Positions 16,560 to 29,027 are shown, counted from the first letter of the stretch. The stretch: DNA of 64,000 bases from the human T2T-CHM13v2.0 reference genome, Homo sapiens (GCF_009914755.1 NC_060932.1); one strand, 5' to 3'. Notes: generated by a model from the letters alone, not told the origin. A program made the numbers and translations.

Positions 16560-17000
16560 AGCCCCCATGATTCTGTCCCATGTAGCTTTCCAGCTTTATC
16601 TCTGGCTACTCCATTTCTCGCATATAATGTTGCAGAACCACAAATCGTCTATCAGTCCCTGAAAACACTGTGCTGTTGTTTGACCTCTTTGCTTTGCCAT
16701 AATCCATAGTTACGCATTAAGACTCACTTCAGGTGCTTTTTTTTTCCTGTTAGGAAACTTTCCCTGATGAAAGTCCCCAAGGATAGACTGTGTGTGCCTC
16801 TTCTGTATCCCCATGAAGCCCTTTGTCAATCTATAGCATTGTCCTGATGTTATTATAACTACTCGTCTTTGTGTCTAGTCCCTAACTAAGACTCTGATCT
16901 CTTTGAGAACAAGAGTCAATGTTGACTGTTAGAGCATCCACAGTGCAAAGCTCAGTACTTGGTGCATAGAACAGTCTCTGGACTTATTTGTCGAATGGAT
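16560..17000 (+). mobile_element. L2 3' portion
   Basis: actaagactctgatctctttgagaacaagag...cagtacttggtgcataga...atttgtcgaatggatg. Confidence 0.7.
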
Positions 17001-17094
17001 GGCCAGAGACCAAGGGGGTTGCCCAGGGAATAGAGTCTTTCCAAGGACTCAAAGGACTCATTGAATGAGAGGAGGGGTAGGTATGAGGAATTAA

Positions 17095-17325
17095 AATGCA
17101 TAGAGCTCCCTCTGTGCCCCAGGTGCTGATTTTTTTACGCATTGTCTCAGTTAAGTCCCACAACAGATATGTGTGCTAACCTTTCCCACCACAAGTGTTC
17201 ACCGCAAGTCAAGGAATTGGAGATTCAGTGAAGGTACTTTTCTTAGATTATATAGCTAGAAAATGGCTGAGCTGGGATTCAAGTCCAATTTATCCGATCC
17301 CTTTGTTATAGCAAAACTGCCATGC
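17095..17325 (-). mobile_element. MIR fragment
   Basis: gagctccctctgtgcccc...tcccacaaca...gctagaaaatggctgagctgggattcaagtcca. Confidence 0.7.
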
Positions 17326-19334
17326 TCCTACAAGTCAGAAACATTGATTTTTCTTCCTTTCCTTTCATTTTCTGACCTCATATCCTTTACTGTGCCAGTT
17401 TGCTTTTGACACTTTTAGGTAGCAATAATTTAATTCACTTTTTTTTTTTTTCAGGCACAAAGCCACTGCAATAGCTGGGGAAGTTCCAAATCCCAGGAAA
17501 TCTGAATGGTGGCTCAGTCCCAGTACTTCTGTGACTACGGCCCACACTTAGGATGTTTCTCATGGCTGAGATGACTTAGGAGACACATGGGGATGGATAG
17601 AGAGATATAGGAATTTGAGAGTGGGCCAGAATTTGAGAGGGATCTGGGAAGAAAAATTCTCACACTTCCATTATGTGTCTGGATAAGACCTGTGTTTTAA
17701 AATAGCTCCCCATTTCAGAATCAGGCAAAACATTCCTAGAGTTTAAATGACGCTTTGACCACGCTGGGCAATTTAAATGCACTTAGAGGTGACAGTACCT
17801 GCGTGTTCAGCCTTTGCTGAGAGGAAAGTATCGTTTATCGAAATGGCTTCCAAACTGCTCTGTTTTGTGTAAGCACCGTCTGCAGGTACTCATCTGTGTC
17901 GGGGCTGAGTGGTGCGGGGAATGTTTCCCAGAGCAGCCACAAGGAAAAGTGTGTGCTTGGCTTTCCTTTAAAGCCCCAGAATAACTTTTTGGCGATGAAC
18001 ACACTGAGCATAGAGCCTAGCACAAATAAGTGTTCAATATACAGTGTTATTGAGTTTTAATGGTGTAGGAGCTGTTTGAATGCTACTTGTTGGTAAATGG
18101 AGCACCTTATGTGTTGTGATCCTTTAGGGGTGGGGGACTGAGGCTTTTTAATCTCAGCCCCCAGCATGCTTTAGAAGAAAACAATTAATTTCCCGACTGT
18201 TGCGCAGTTGTTGTAGGATTTTTTTTTTTAATTTTAATTTTATTTTAAAGCTGGGTCACTGCAAGCCTCTGTAAACAAAGTAATCGATCAATGGCTATCA
18301 GCAGTTCTTGTGAGAGGGCAGAATAATTTGATGGATTCTGGACAATAGGGAAAAAATAGGCCAGCAAGTTGAATAAATTAATGGATGCTATTATCAGCGG
18401 AAATAGAAGTTCCCCCAGGAGCTTCCTCATCCTCATTCTCAGGCTATTAAATCTCTCACAGGCCAAAGGTGGTGATAATGCATAGAAGTTTCTCATGGAC
18501 AGCCTCCAGTCCCTTTTTGAATCTTTTTGCATTTGTAGGTTGACTCTTCCTCTGGACTCCAGGTGGTAGAGATTGAAGATGGATTTTTTGTGTTTATTTT
18601 TAATCTTTGTCGAACACCTGAACACTGGTACTCCAGGAAGATGCTTCTATTTTTCTGCACCCTGACTCTCTTCTGTGAGAAACAAAAATTTTGGGTCCCA
18701 GAAAGGAGAAGTGATCAACTCAAAGCCACAATTACTTATGGTGGGAGATAAGTCTCAAGTTCAGGTTTTCTGCCTTTAAGTACAATGCTCTTTCCCCTAC
18801 ATCACATTTTTGTACCAATGTTTTATTTAGGTACCTGAAATGGGAGCTCCATTATAATTGTCACCTCCAAATTGTTTCTCCTACTTCCCCCCTTCTCCTC
18901 TCCCTGGTCCTCCTTACATACAGTTTCCTGTTTAAATTCTCCCCAGACAATTTTTGTCCTTAATAGGATCAGAGAGTCTTGAAACAAAGTTTTGAATTAT
19001 TTGATATCTATCCATTGTTGACTACCTAAAATACTCTCTGTAGCCTGGCTTTTAAATACTATTTATTTCCTTTCATGGGGCAAACCAATCTCTTACTACT
19101 CATTATGTATTCTCTATTCTGCAGCCCAGATATCTCGCTCCTGCACAGATATGTAATTGGCTCACGCTCTTCTTTTAGCCATGAATACTCTCTACCCTCG
19201 TCATTTATTAAAATTCCATCTGGTTTTCAAAATGCATGTTAGATGACATTTCCTTTAGGAAGTCGTGACTATTCCCCACACCTCTAGCCTTCCTGTGTAC
19301 AGTCTTCCAGTGTGTTCTGTTTCTAGAATGACCT

Positions 19335-19510
19335 TAGAATCCACATGTTGAAGGTGGTCGACCCACAGATGGGAAGAACCGGGGTCCTCAGATCACCACA
19401 TGTAGAAGAATTGCCTTTAGCCAGTACAACAATTTTGGACTTTACGTGAGTAAGAAATAGAGTTCTACTTTGATAGCCACAGAATTTTCGGATTTATTTT
19501 AACTAACATG
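19335..19510 (+). mobile_element. MLT1(J-like) MaLR LTR 3' fragment
   Basis: agatgggaagaaccggggtcc...tggactttacgtgagtaagaaatagagttcta...agccac. Confidence 0.6.
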
Positions 19511-19637
19511 AAACAAAAATAAACAATAGAACAATATAATAAAAGTTAAACAGGAACCTCAGAAGATGGGATAGAGAATTATCTGACCAAGTGCTATATA
19601 GTTTTCTTGAGAAATGAATAAGTCTCTTTATCTAGAG

Positions 19638-19859
19638 AAGGGGTCTGTGAACTACAGCTCATGGTCCACATCTGGCATACCATCTACTTTCAAAATAAGT
19701 TTTTTTTGGAAAACAGCCACATTTATTTGTTTATGTAGTATATGCGGCTGTTTCATAATGCAAGAGCAGAGTTGAGTAGTTATAACAAAAACTGTATGGC
19801 CCATGAAGCTGAAACTATTTAGTGTCTGGCCCTTTACAGAAAAAGTTTGACAACCCCTG
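19638..19859 (+). mobile_element. MER58A hAT-Charlie MITE
   Basis: Termini aggggtc.../...caacccctg; tggccctttacagaaaaagtttg. Degenerate 8-bp TSD ATCTAGAG / CTCTGGAG. Confidence 0.9.
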
Positions 19860-20062
19860 CTCTGGAGTGTTGTATTTGTGTAGACAAAGAAATGAGACAG
19901 GAAATAGGACCCTTGACGCACAAAGGAATTTTGGCTTTGCCTTTCTGAGCCTTACCCACCCCACCTGACAAACGAAGCTAGTAACAACACCCATCTCATG
20001 GAGTTTTCTGAGGGCAGCATGAGTTAGTGCATAGAAGGTAGTTAGAGTAGTACCTGGTATAT

Positions 20063-20163
20063 AATGGGTGCAGCACACCAACATGGCACATGTATACATA
20101 TGTAACAAACCTGCACGTTGTGCACATGTACCCTAGAACTTAAAGTATAATTAAAAAAAAAAA
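20063..20163 (+). mobile_element. L1PA4/5-like extreme 3' fragment (~100 bp) inserted in a MIR
   Basis: aatgggtgcagcacaccaacatggcacatg...ccctagaacttaaagtataat plus poly(A). 19-bp TSD AGAGTAGTACCTGGTATAT (20044-20062) / AGAATAGTGCCTGGTATAT (20164-20182). Host MIR ~19980-20215. Confidence 0.93.
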
Positions 20164-20479
20164 AGAATAGTGCCTGGTATATCATGAGCACTCAAGCAAT
20201 GTTGGCTATTAATATTACCTTGAAGCAAAAGAGGAAAAATTGAATAATTTCCAGCAGATGTGTTCCAAGACATATATCCATTTAGTTTGAATACTTTGGC
20301 TGTAGCCCATATAGGGCTTTATAGGTGTGGTGGTGGGGGAAGAAACGTGGGTGGAGAGAGACTGCATACAGAGCCTTTCAAGGTTCTCTTTTTCAGGCAG
20401 TCTCTTAAATGAGCTTCTCTTCATCATTTGCTGCTTCAACAGTCCCAGCTATTCTTGATAAAATATTCCGATAATGTAT

Positions 20480-21135
20480 AGAGTACGTTTGACAGCTCTG
20501 AACTGGTAAGTCGCTCTCAGTACATCCCCATACTTCTGCTCCCAAGGGGAGACTTGATGCTTCCTAAAAAGCACTTGTGTTTGTTTCAGTTGTACTGTTT
20601 ATATGTATTCATTTAGCTAATTACTACGCAAATGACAAGATGTGAGTGCAAGGACAAAGAGAGTTGTCTCTATGAAAACAAATGTAAATGCTTTGGAAAG
20701 ACTGGATTTGATAGAATATTGGATAAAGGTAGTTTTTATAATTTAAGTTAAATCAGTAAAAGATGGGATTAGGAAGTAAAAAAAAAAAGTTCAAGAGTCT
20801 GTATTCTTATTGCTTTTCCAAGCATCTTTACATTTCTACTCTACTTTCAAGAAACTCACATTGGAAATCAAAGACCATACATTATGAGTGTGATTTATGC
20901 AAATAAGACTGGAGCAAACTATAATCAATCTGGAACCCATCTTCAAATCAAGGCCTTGGCTGTACATCTGAACCTTGGCAAACAACAACAGATTTTTATA
21001 TTTTAAGTTAACCTAAAATATTTATAAGCTGCTTAGAGTGTATATGCATTATTTTTATGATCCTCTCTTAAACTGGTTCTTTTGATTAATTAGCCAACAG
21101 TGGCAGCCCTATTTTATTCACAATAAGCGCTTCTA
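20480..21135 (+). mobile_element. Tigger13a-like TcMar-Tigger relic
   Basis: agagagttgtctctatgaaaac...aatgctttggaaagact; attatgagtgtgatttatgcaaataagac; aaggccttggctgtacatc, a decayed transposase N-terminus. Confidence 0.75.
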
Positions 21136-21279
21136 ATGAATTTAGAGACTGTTTCAAGTCACTGCTTCTCTAAGAATTCTGCTCTCAGCAGTTGTTCCTT
21201 TTCTGCGTCCCTGGGATCCCAATCTGGATATGCCTCTATTAGAGCAGCTTCAATACCTCTTGTCAACGATGAGATGGTT

Positions 21280-21850
21280 AAAGGCAAAACTCTACCTTTT
21301 AACTTATCTCCACAGTACCCAGTCCAAAGTCTGGTATATTTTAATTCCATTACTGTGCAAGTAATTCAACTGATGGTCTCCATGTGGATGTCTAGACACA
21401 TTTCAAGCAAAAGCTTGTCCAACCTGCCTTTCACAGGTCTTCCCATCTCAGCTAGTGGTGACTCCAGCTTTCTGCCTACACAGGCCAAAAGCCTTAAATT
21501 ATCTCTGGCTCTCCTCTTTCTCACATCCTTAACACCTAATCTTTCAGCTTACCCTGAAAACTCCTCTGTCTTCATACTAGCTCCAGATCTGACCACTTCT
21601 CACCACCTCCACTCATTTCACCATGGTCCAAGGTCCCTTCTTCTCTTATCTGGGTAGTTTGTACAAACTTCTTAACTGCTATCTGTGCTTTGAAACTTGT
21701 CTTCTCATCACCCTGTTTCCAATACAACAATCTGAATAATATTTTTGAATAATAAGCTTGATTATATCACCCCTTTGCTCAAAGCACTTCATGGCTTCTC
21801 AGCTTACTAATTGCAAAAGGTACTGAACAATATTTCTAAATGAATAAATT
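21280..21850 (+). mobile_element. L2 fragment
   Basis: tctccatgtggatgtcta...ttcccatctcagctagtggtgactcca...caggccaaaagcctta...tctgaccacttctcaccacctcc. Confidence 0.8.
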
Positions 21851-22444
21851 AGAGCTACTATTACAATGGTAGTAGTAATTTCCATATAATGAAAATAATA
21901 GTACTTCCTCTAAAGATATAGCAGCAAATATAATAAGAAAAATAAGATAATCAGCTTAGCATGAGATGTCTCTGTAACACTCACAAGTCCATTTGGTTGC
22001 CCGGAATGTGGCCACATGTGGTCAATACAGGTGTCATGTACTGCGCAGAGCATGAGGAGGGAGAGATAGCAATGGGAGCTCAAGTGAGAAAGGCCTTGGA
22101 TGCCATATTAAGAAGTTTGGATTTTATTTCATGACCAATGCAGAATATCACTCATACCCAGTCCATGACTGATGGAGGATAAGAGGCAGATCATCTCAAT
22201 CTTCAAAGGCTACTACTAATGGTAGTAACAAAATTGGGACCCAATAATTATTGGTTAAATATATGAATGAATGAAATGGAACAACTCATCTGATTATGTG
22301 ACAGAAAGGGTACTAGAATTTATTTACCACCTATGAAGATTCAGCTACCTTGCCAGCTGATTTTATGCCACTTAATTTTTACCGGGTCTTAGTATGCCTA
22401 ATTTTTATAAGCATGGGAGTTTAATAAAAAATGTCTCAAAAAAG

Positions 22445-22625
22445 CCACAGCACAGTCTTGCTAAAGAGCATAGGTTTTGGAATCAATCTGTGTTCAAATC
22501 CCAATTCTGCTTCATCTGTCCGTGGAAAGATTAAGTACAGATTGCTCCTCTGTAAAATGATATTCTCAATACTTCTGTTAGTGGGTTGCTGCAAGGATTG
22601 AATGAGTTAAAATACAATGATTCCT
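22445..22625 (+). mobile_element. MIR fragment
   Basis: taaagagcataggttttggaatca...ctcctctgtaaaatg...gttgctgcaaggattgaatgagtta. Confidence 0.7.
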
Positions 22626-22627
22626 AT

Positions 22628-22725
22628 AGTCTCAATCACACAATAAACAGTCAGTGTTGTGATAGTTTTCCGGGTTAGTCTCCATCACACAATAAATAGT
22701 CAGTATTGTAATTGTTTTCCAGGTT
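22628..22725. repeat. 49-bp tandem duplication (2 copies)
   Basis: 22628-22676 vs 22677-22725, 43/49 identical. Confidence 0.9.
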
Positions 22726-22794
22726 TTCTCAACTAGCATGGTAAGATTGGGTTTTAGATACTGATTGTTTCTTTTCAAATCCTGCACTGGGCTC

Positions 22795-23158
22795 AGTGAT
22801 GGTTAATTTTATGTGTCAATTTAAGGAGGATGTTTTTGGATGAGATTAACATTGAATGCAGTAAATTTTGATTAAAGCAGATTGTCTTCCATAATGTGAG
22901 TGGGCCTCATCCAATCAGCTGGAGGCCTGCATAGAACAAAAACACAGGTCTTCCTGAGCAAGAGGGGCTTCTCCAGCATATGGCCTTTGGACTTCGTCTA
23001 TACCATCCACACTTCTGGGTCTCCAGCCTGCTGGCCCACACTACAGATTTTGGACTTGCCAGCTTCCATAATCATGTAAGTAAATGCCTTATAATAACTA
23101 CTTAGACATACATATTTATATTTCATTCTGGTTTCTCTAGAGAACCCTCACTAATACA
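22795..23158 (+). mobile_element. MLT2C/D-like ERVL solo LTR
   Basis: gtgatggttaattttatgtgtcaa...gtttctctagagaaccctcactaataca. Perfect 5-bp TSD GGCTC at 22790-22794 and 23159-23163. Confidence 0.9.
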
Positions 23159-23699
23159 GGCTCCTTCTGCAGACTTCATATATTTGGGCCTCTGCAGTTT
23201 TCAAATCTTGTCTTAAACCAATCTTTTGGTCTTCTTCACCACACATACAGGACTATGTGCAGTATCCAGCACCAGCCTTTCCATACCTACATTGACTTCT
23301 GAGTGTTCTCTTTCATCTTCCTCTGTTTTCCCAACCTGTGAACTCCAATTCATTTTGTAACACCCAACTCAGCTTCTTCTGTCCCCTTTCAGAGTCTTGC
23401 AAAATGGTCACTCTGTCACTTACCTCCTGTTCTTTCTTGGCACATGTACTTTCAAACTTCTTTTTAAAAACTCATTCAATTATGTTCATCACTAATTGAT
23501 TTCTGTGTCTTTTCTCCACTGTAAACACCTTGAAGGCAGGGGCTGTGTTTTATTCAGTTTTTTTCTTCCCCAAGTTCCTGTTAGCACTGTGCTAGGTGCA
23601 GGTCAGGTGGTTAAGGTTAGCAAATCCTCACTTGGTAAATGATTTAGCAGAGGTTGGATCTTTAACATCTCTGCTGATCCATCCACATATGAACCCACT

Positions 23700-24730
23700 T
23701 AGTGAGTGGTTCTGTAGGATCTTTTTAGGATGTCTAATAGGCTGCCCTCTCAACCTGTTTACAACAAACAGCTTGAGTTGCGAGTTGCAAGTTGCACCTC
23801 TGCACCCTGAAACCTGCTCCTCCTTTAATCTCTCTCATTTCAGAAAATGACACCACCCTCCCCACAACTGCTCAGGCAAAAACATTTGGTGGTCATATTT
23901 ACTGCTCCATTTCTTTCACAAGATACCTACAGTCTGTCCGCAAATCCTGGGACTCTGCCACCCAGTGGTCCCACATCTAAGCACCTCTTACCATCTTTTC
24001 TACAGCTGCCCCAATCTGGACACCATCATCTCTGGCTCACATCAGCATCTAGTACAATGGCCTCCAGCCTGTCCTCTCTGCCTTGCTTCTCTTCTCTACA
24101 CACCAGCCAGTCTGATCATATCAGATGTAAACCTGATGAGTCTATACCCTCAACACCTTCTATGGCTCTTCTTTAAAGCCCCATTAACCTCTTTTAGAAT
24201 AAGAATCCAAAGTTCCTACCAAAACTTAGGAGATTTCATGTGACCTGCCCTCTGCCCTCTCTCCAAGGTCACCCCTACCTGGTTTCTCTTTCCCTTTTTG
24301 CTCCAGCTATACTCCAGCCAGAGACCTTCTGCAGTTTCTCAGCACACGAGCTTCACCTGCTGTCTCTACACCAGGCATGCCGTTCCCAGAACTTCCCATG
24401 GCTTGCTTTTTAATACCATCAAAAAAGTTTAGCTCAAATACCACCTCTGTGGAGAGACCTTTCCTGGCCTTCTCTGTCTTACAAAGCACTGCGTCTCCAA
24501 ATTTGCTATCCTTTGCATTCCATTGATCACCTTAATTATTACCTAAATGGTATCACCTATGTTTATTCCCCTCACTGATCCCCACCACCAGTGGAGTGAA
24601 AGCTCTGTGATAGCAGAGACCTTTCTTTCCTTTTTTTTCTTTTTTAATATAAATCTGTTTTCTTAGTGGCTACAACAAAACTAGGCACATAGTAGGTGCA
24701 CAGTAATTTTTTGCTGAGTGAATGAGTTGA
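23700..24730 (+). mobile_element. L2a long fragment including the 3' end
   Basis: ggatgtctaataggc...ctgctcaggcaaaaacatttgg...gtgaaagctctgtgatagcagagacc...ggcacatagtaggtgcacagtaattttttgctgagtgaatga. Confidence 0.85.
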
Positions 24731-25535
24731 AGGAACAAACAGTATTTATTAGGTTTGGATGCGTTTGTTTGAATGGCTATTTTTTCCTCTTTAAATGTAT
24801 TCAACTATTCTTGGCAAGAGAACATCGGAGAGTGAATGTAAGTCAGATGATATATGGGAAAATGAGAAAATAAAACGGAAAAACTGCTGAGCTACTGAAT
24901 AGCGAATCTTAAGGGGGAACGTTCTTATTTCCAGTATCTTTATTTCCTGGAACAGAAATAGAATGTCTTCGTTCGGAAAGGAAATCCCAATGGAACTTGC
25001 AAAACACGAAAGAGAATTACATTGCCTTTTTGGTTTTTGTTTTGCTTTGCATTGATTCAGTCTATAAAAAGAGGTTTCTGTGCATCTTTATTAGGTGAGT
25101 GTTCACAATAACATTGTCCTCAGGGAAGTGAGGGAGAGACTGGAAGCATTGGAAAGAGTGCTGGGTAAGAAAAAGCTGTAAATTTTTCAGGCCCATTCTG
25201 TGCCCAGTGCTTTACGGTAATTATAACAGTACCTAAAATTAATTGGGGAATTCACAAATGTCTTGTGTTACATGCAGTCTCTGGTTTGGTCCTATTTAAT
25301 CTTTATGGCATCTGTATATGTTAGCACTATTATCACTCTTTTGTAATGAGGAAACTGAAACTTGGAAATATTGTTTAACTTTCCAAAATCACGTAGCTTG
25401 CAAGGTCTTCTGCTTTGTGGAATCAGCCTGTGTTCAAATCTCTGTTCTGCTTCATCTGTCCTTGGAAACATGCAAATGGCTTTGTATTCCTACTGTGAGA
25501 GCCTCAATTGAGGCTTCCCTTCCTCGCCGGGATAC

Positions 25536-25924
25536 TGATAAGGTTTGGCTGTGTCCCCACCAAAAATCTCATCTTGAATTGTTTATCCCCATAACCCCCA
25601 TGATCCCCCACATGTCAAGGGAGAGACCAGGTGGAGATGACTGAATCATGGGGGTGGTTTACCCCATTGCTGTCCTCATAATAGTGAGTGCGTTCTCATG
25701 AGATCTAATGGTTTTATAAGTGTTTCGTAGTTCTTCCTGTGTTCATTCTCCTTCCTGCCATCTTGTGAAGGAGGTGCTTCCTTCCCCTTTGTCTTCCACC
25801 ATGATTGTAAGCTTCCTTAAACCTCCCCAGCCCTGCAGAACTGTGAGCCAATTAAACCTCTTTCCTTTATAAATTACCCAGTCTGGACCAGTTCTTTATA
25901 GCAGTGTGAAAACAGACTAATACA
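25536..25924 (+). mobile_element. THE1(D-like) MaLR solo LTR
   Basis: tgataaggtttggctgtgtcccca...aaacagactaataca. TSD GATAC/AATAC. Confidence 0.93.
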
Positions 25925-26429
25925 AATACTACAGCAGCTTCTTTAACTGATCTTCTTGTCTCCAGGTTCCCTTTCTTCCAACCCTTTCTCAGAAGCTGCG
26001 GACAGTCCTCATGCCACTCAGTGGCCACGTGCATTTACTCACTCCCTCTGACCAAACAGCCTCAGGACACATATTTACCTTTGGCGTTCACAGTCCTCCA
26101 GTGCCCCTGCAATGTAACAGGAAGAGGTTGGTCCTTCTAAATTAGAGTAGGAAATTTGAGAAGCTTGAGAACAGGTCTTGCCCGTTGTTCATGTCTGTAT
26201 TTTCAATGCTTAACATGGTGCCAAGAATAGAGAACATATTATTTATTATTTTATTGTTAGTTTTTTTTACTAAAGCCATATGTCACTTTATCTTCTAAAA
26301 ATACTTTTGTAGCTCTTGTGGATTTATTCGTGAGGCAACCCGTGGCCATTGGGAATAAGCTGGTAATATTGCACATTGTATCTAGAAAGAATAGGTCCTC
26401 TCTCCAAAGCACATTACAAATCACAGAAA

Positions 26430-27045
26430 AATGGGGTACAGTGTTTGAATTCTAGAGTCAGACTTCCTGAGTTCACTTTCCATCTGTTGCACAGAGCACC
26501 TCTGTGGCCTTGGGTATATTCCTTGTTTTCTAAGTTTCTTTATATATAAAATGGAAATAAATAATCATACCTCAAGAGAATTTTGTGGGTATTCAAGGAG
26601 TTAATACATGGAGATACTTGAAATAGTGTCTAGAATATAACAAGTATGACATAGTTTGGCTGTGTCCCCACCCAAATCTCATCTTGAATTGTACTCCCCG
26701 TAATACCCATGTGTCATGGGAGGGATGTGGTGGGAGGTAATTGAATCATGGGTGCGGTTTCCCCCATGCTGTTCTTGTGATAGAGAGGAGCTCTTATGAG
26801 ATCTGATAGTTTTATAAGTGTCTAGCATTTCCCCTGCTTGCATTAATTCTCTCTCTTGCCGCTCTATGAAGAGGTGTCTTCTGCCATGATTGTAAGTTTC
26901 CTGAGGCACCCCCAGCTGTGGGAAACTGTGAGTCAATTAAATCTCTTTTCTTTATAAATTACCCTGTCTTGGGTATTTCTTCATAGCAGCAGGAGAATGG
27001 GCCAACACAAAGCATTTAAAAATGTTAGCTAACATTATTACAATT
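26430..27045 (+). mobile_element. MIR split by a THE1 LTR
   Basis: MIR body at 26430-26646 (tctagagtcagacttcctgagttca...aaaatggaaataa). The tail aagcatttaaaaatgttagct follows 27009. Confidence 0.75.
26647..27009 (+). mobile_element. THE1(D-like) MaLR solo LTR
   Basis: tgacatagtttggctgtgtccccacccaaatctcatcttgaattgta...gagaatgggccaacaca. TSD AAGTA/AAGCA. Confidence 0.93.
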
Positions 27046-27195
27046 CTTACAAAAACCTTGTGAGCAGCTCACTATGCATATTCTTGTTTTATAAATGATA
27101 TCATTATCATTAAGCCTTGGGAGGTTAAACGACTTGTCTAAGGGCTCACAGCTAACAAATAGAAACTCATGAATTTTCACCTATTTGCTGTAACT

Positions 27196-27404
27196 CACTG
27201 GTCCTCACTGGGAGCAGATTTGTCCACAAGAGGACATTTGAAAATGCTTGAGGACATTTTGGGCTGCTAGAGGAGTGCGTGGTTCTGGCATTTGGTGTGT
27301 AGAGGTCTAGGACATGGCTAAACATCCTACTATGCATAGGACAGTCTCTGTGGCAAATAATTATTTTGCCCAAATGTCCCTAGTGCCAATGTTGAGAAGC
27401 CATG
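27196..27404 (+). mobile_element. MER20 hAT-Charlie element
   Basis: ggacatttgaaaatg...ggctaaacatcctactatgcataggacag...cccaaatgtccctagtgccaatgttgagaagccatg. Confidence 0.85.
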
Positions 27405-28295
27405 TTTTAATAATCAATCAATTAGATATGTTAAACATGACATTATAATCACATTATAGTAATGAAATGACCATAGAGCAGGCACCCAGAGGCAAACCTT
27501 AATGCTCAAGGGGCCTGGTCAACCCCAGCTGACTGGAGTCTGGTAACACAGCACAGGTGATTCCGTCAGCTAGTCTGGCACATCAGCTAGCCTTTGTAAT
27601 AATGAAACTCCCAGCAACAGTGCCATTAATATCAGGGAACAATTCTATTTGGATCACAATCCCAAGATGACCGTTTGTGGTATTTATCACAACTATAACT
27701 CATTAATTCAGAAGATCATGTCTTTTTCAATGCCGTCCTCCATTCTTCAATGTAAACTCCATAATGACAAGGACCACTTGGGGTTGTCCTTAGCACCTGG
27801 CAAAGTGTCTGGACCATTGTAAATCTAAGACAAATCTATGCTGGAGATATACTTGTATGAAGAAATGAATAAATAAAAGACCTGGGTCAGCAGTTGGAAA
27901 TACAAAAACACAGTCTGGAGCACAAGAGAGGAGTTTGTAATATTTTAAGTTTTTTGAAGTAATATCGAATGCTTAAGAGTACAGAATTTGAAACCCATAT
28001 TTACACTTTCACTCATTCATTGGCCAGATATATAGAGAGTGAGCCCACAATATGCTAGGCTTGGTGAGGCTGCAGGGAAGAAGCTGATCGTATAGTGATG
28101 AGCCTGGCTTTGACTGGGACATACACGTCTTAGCTCTGTGAAGCTATATAAGCACTCTGCTTTTTAAGTCTTTTTCTCTCTCCAAAATGGGTAAACAGCC
28201 TTTCCAATGGGGTTGCTAAAAGAATCAAATAAGATTATGACATGGTTTAATGTAGCATCTAGACATAGAAGGTATTTAGTAAATGGCTAACCATA

Positions 28296-28745
28296 TGTGG
28301 TGGCTTTAAACTACGTCTACACATTCATTGACACACATTCTATCAAGAGGTGATATCTATGTCCTCTCCTCATGAACCTGGGCAGGCTTTGGGATTTCCT
28401 TGACTTAAAGAATGTGGCAGAAATGATACCAGGTGACTTCCCCTGCCAGGTTAAGAGACGTCACGTGGCCCCTGCAGATTTCTCTCTGGGAGCCACCCTA
28501 AGACCCCTATGTACACAGAGAGAGAGAGACCTGAGGAGCCCCAGGTGTTACTGTCCATGCGTGTGAGTAAAGACAGCTGGGAGCCCAGACACCACTTGCT
28601 TTCATCTTCATGACTGACTCCATGTGAGAACTTCCTAGCTTGGCTCAGTAAACTCCAGATTCATAAACAAAACTAATGACTGCTATTATGCTAAGTCATT
28701 GCTACCTGGTGATTCTTTTTCGGCCGCAAAAGATGAAGAAAACAC
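28296..28745 (+). mobile_element. MLT1(F/G-like) MaLR LTR
   Basis: tgtggtggctttaaa...ttcattgacac...tatcaagaggtg...agaatgtggcagaaatgat...ctaagtcatt. Confidence 0.75.
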
Positions 28746-29027
28746 CATTGTTTCTGGACCCTAGGCAGATCTGATGTTCAGGTGGTACTCCACTATCAGA
28801 GATGCCTGCGAACAGGAAAGGAAGAAAGGTCAATGTGTGTGCGGTGAAATTTACGGTGAAATGGACGTGAAGGCTGCTGTCTGGTGGCCCAAGGCCTACT
28901 ACACACTACTTTGGGCAGCAAAACCAACCAAATACATTTCCTGCTTTGAGGATGTCACATAGGGAAGAAGATAGAGATAGGGGGAAGTATTCTGGAAAAT
29001 GAATCTAGAATGCTAAATTGAAGTCAG

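Noticed and set aside
21136-21657. 173-aa Ser/Leu-rich ORF
   Set aside because: It mostly overlaps a decayed L2, has low-complexity composition and shows no recognisable domain or splice context.
25536-27009. Two neighbouring THE1 LTRs as the ends of one provirus (likewise 32837 and 34421)
   Set aside because: Each LTR has its own TSD, the LTRs differ substantially, and the intervening DNA is L2/MIR/L1 rather than THE1 internal sequence.
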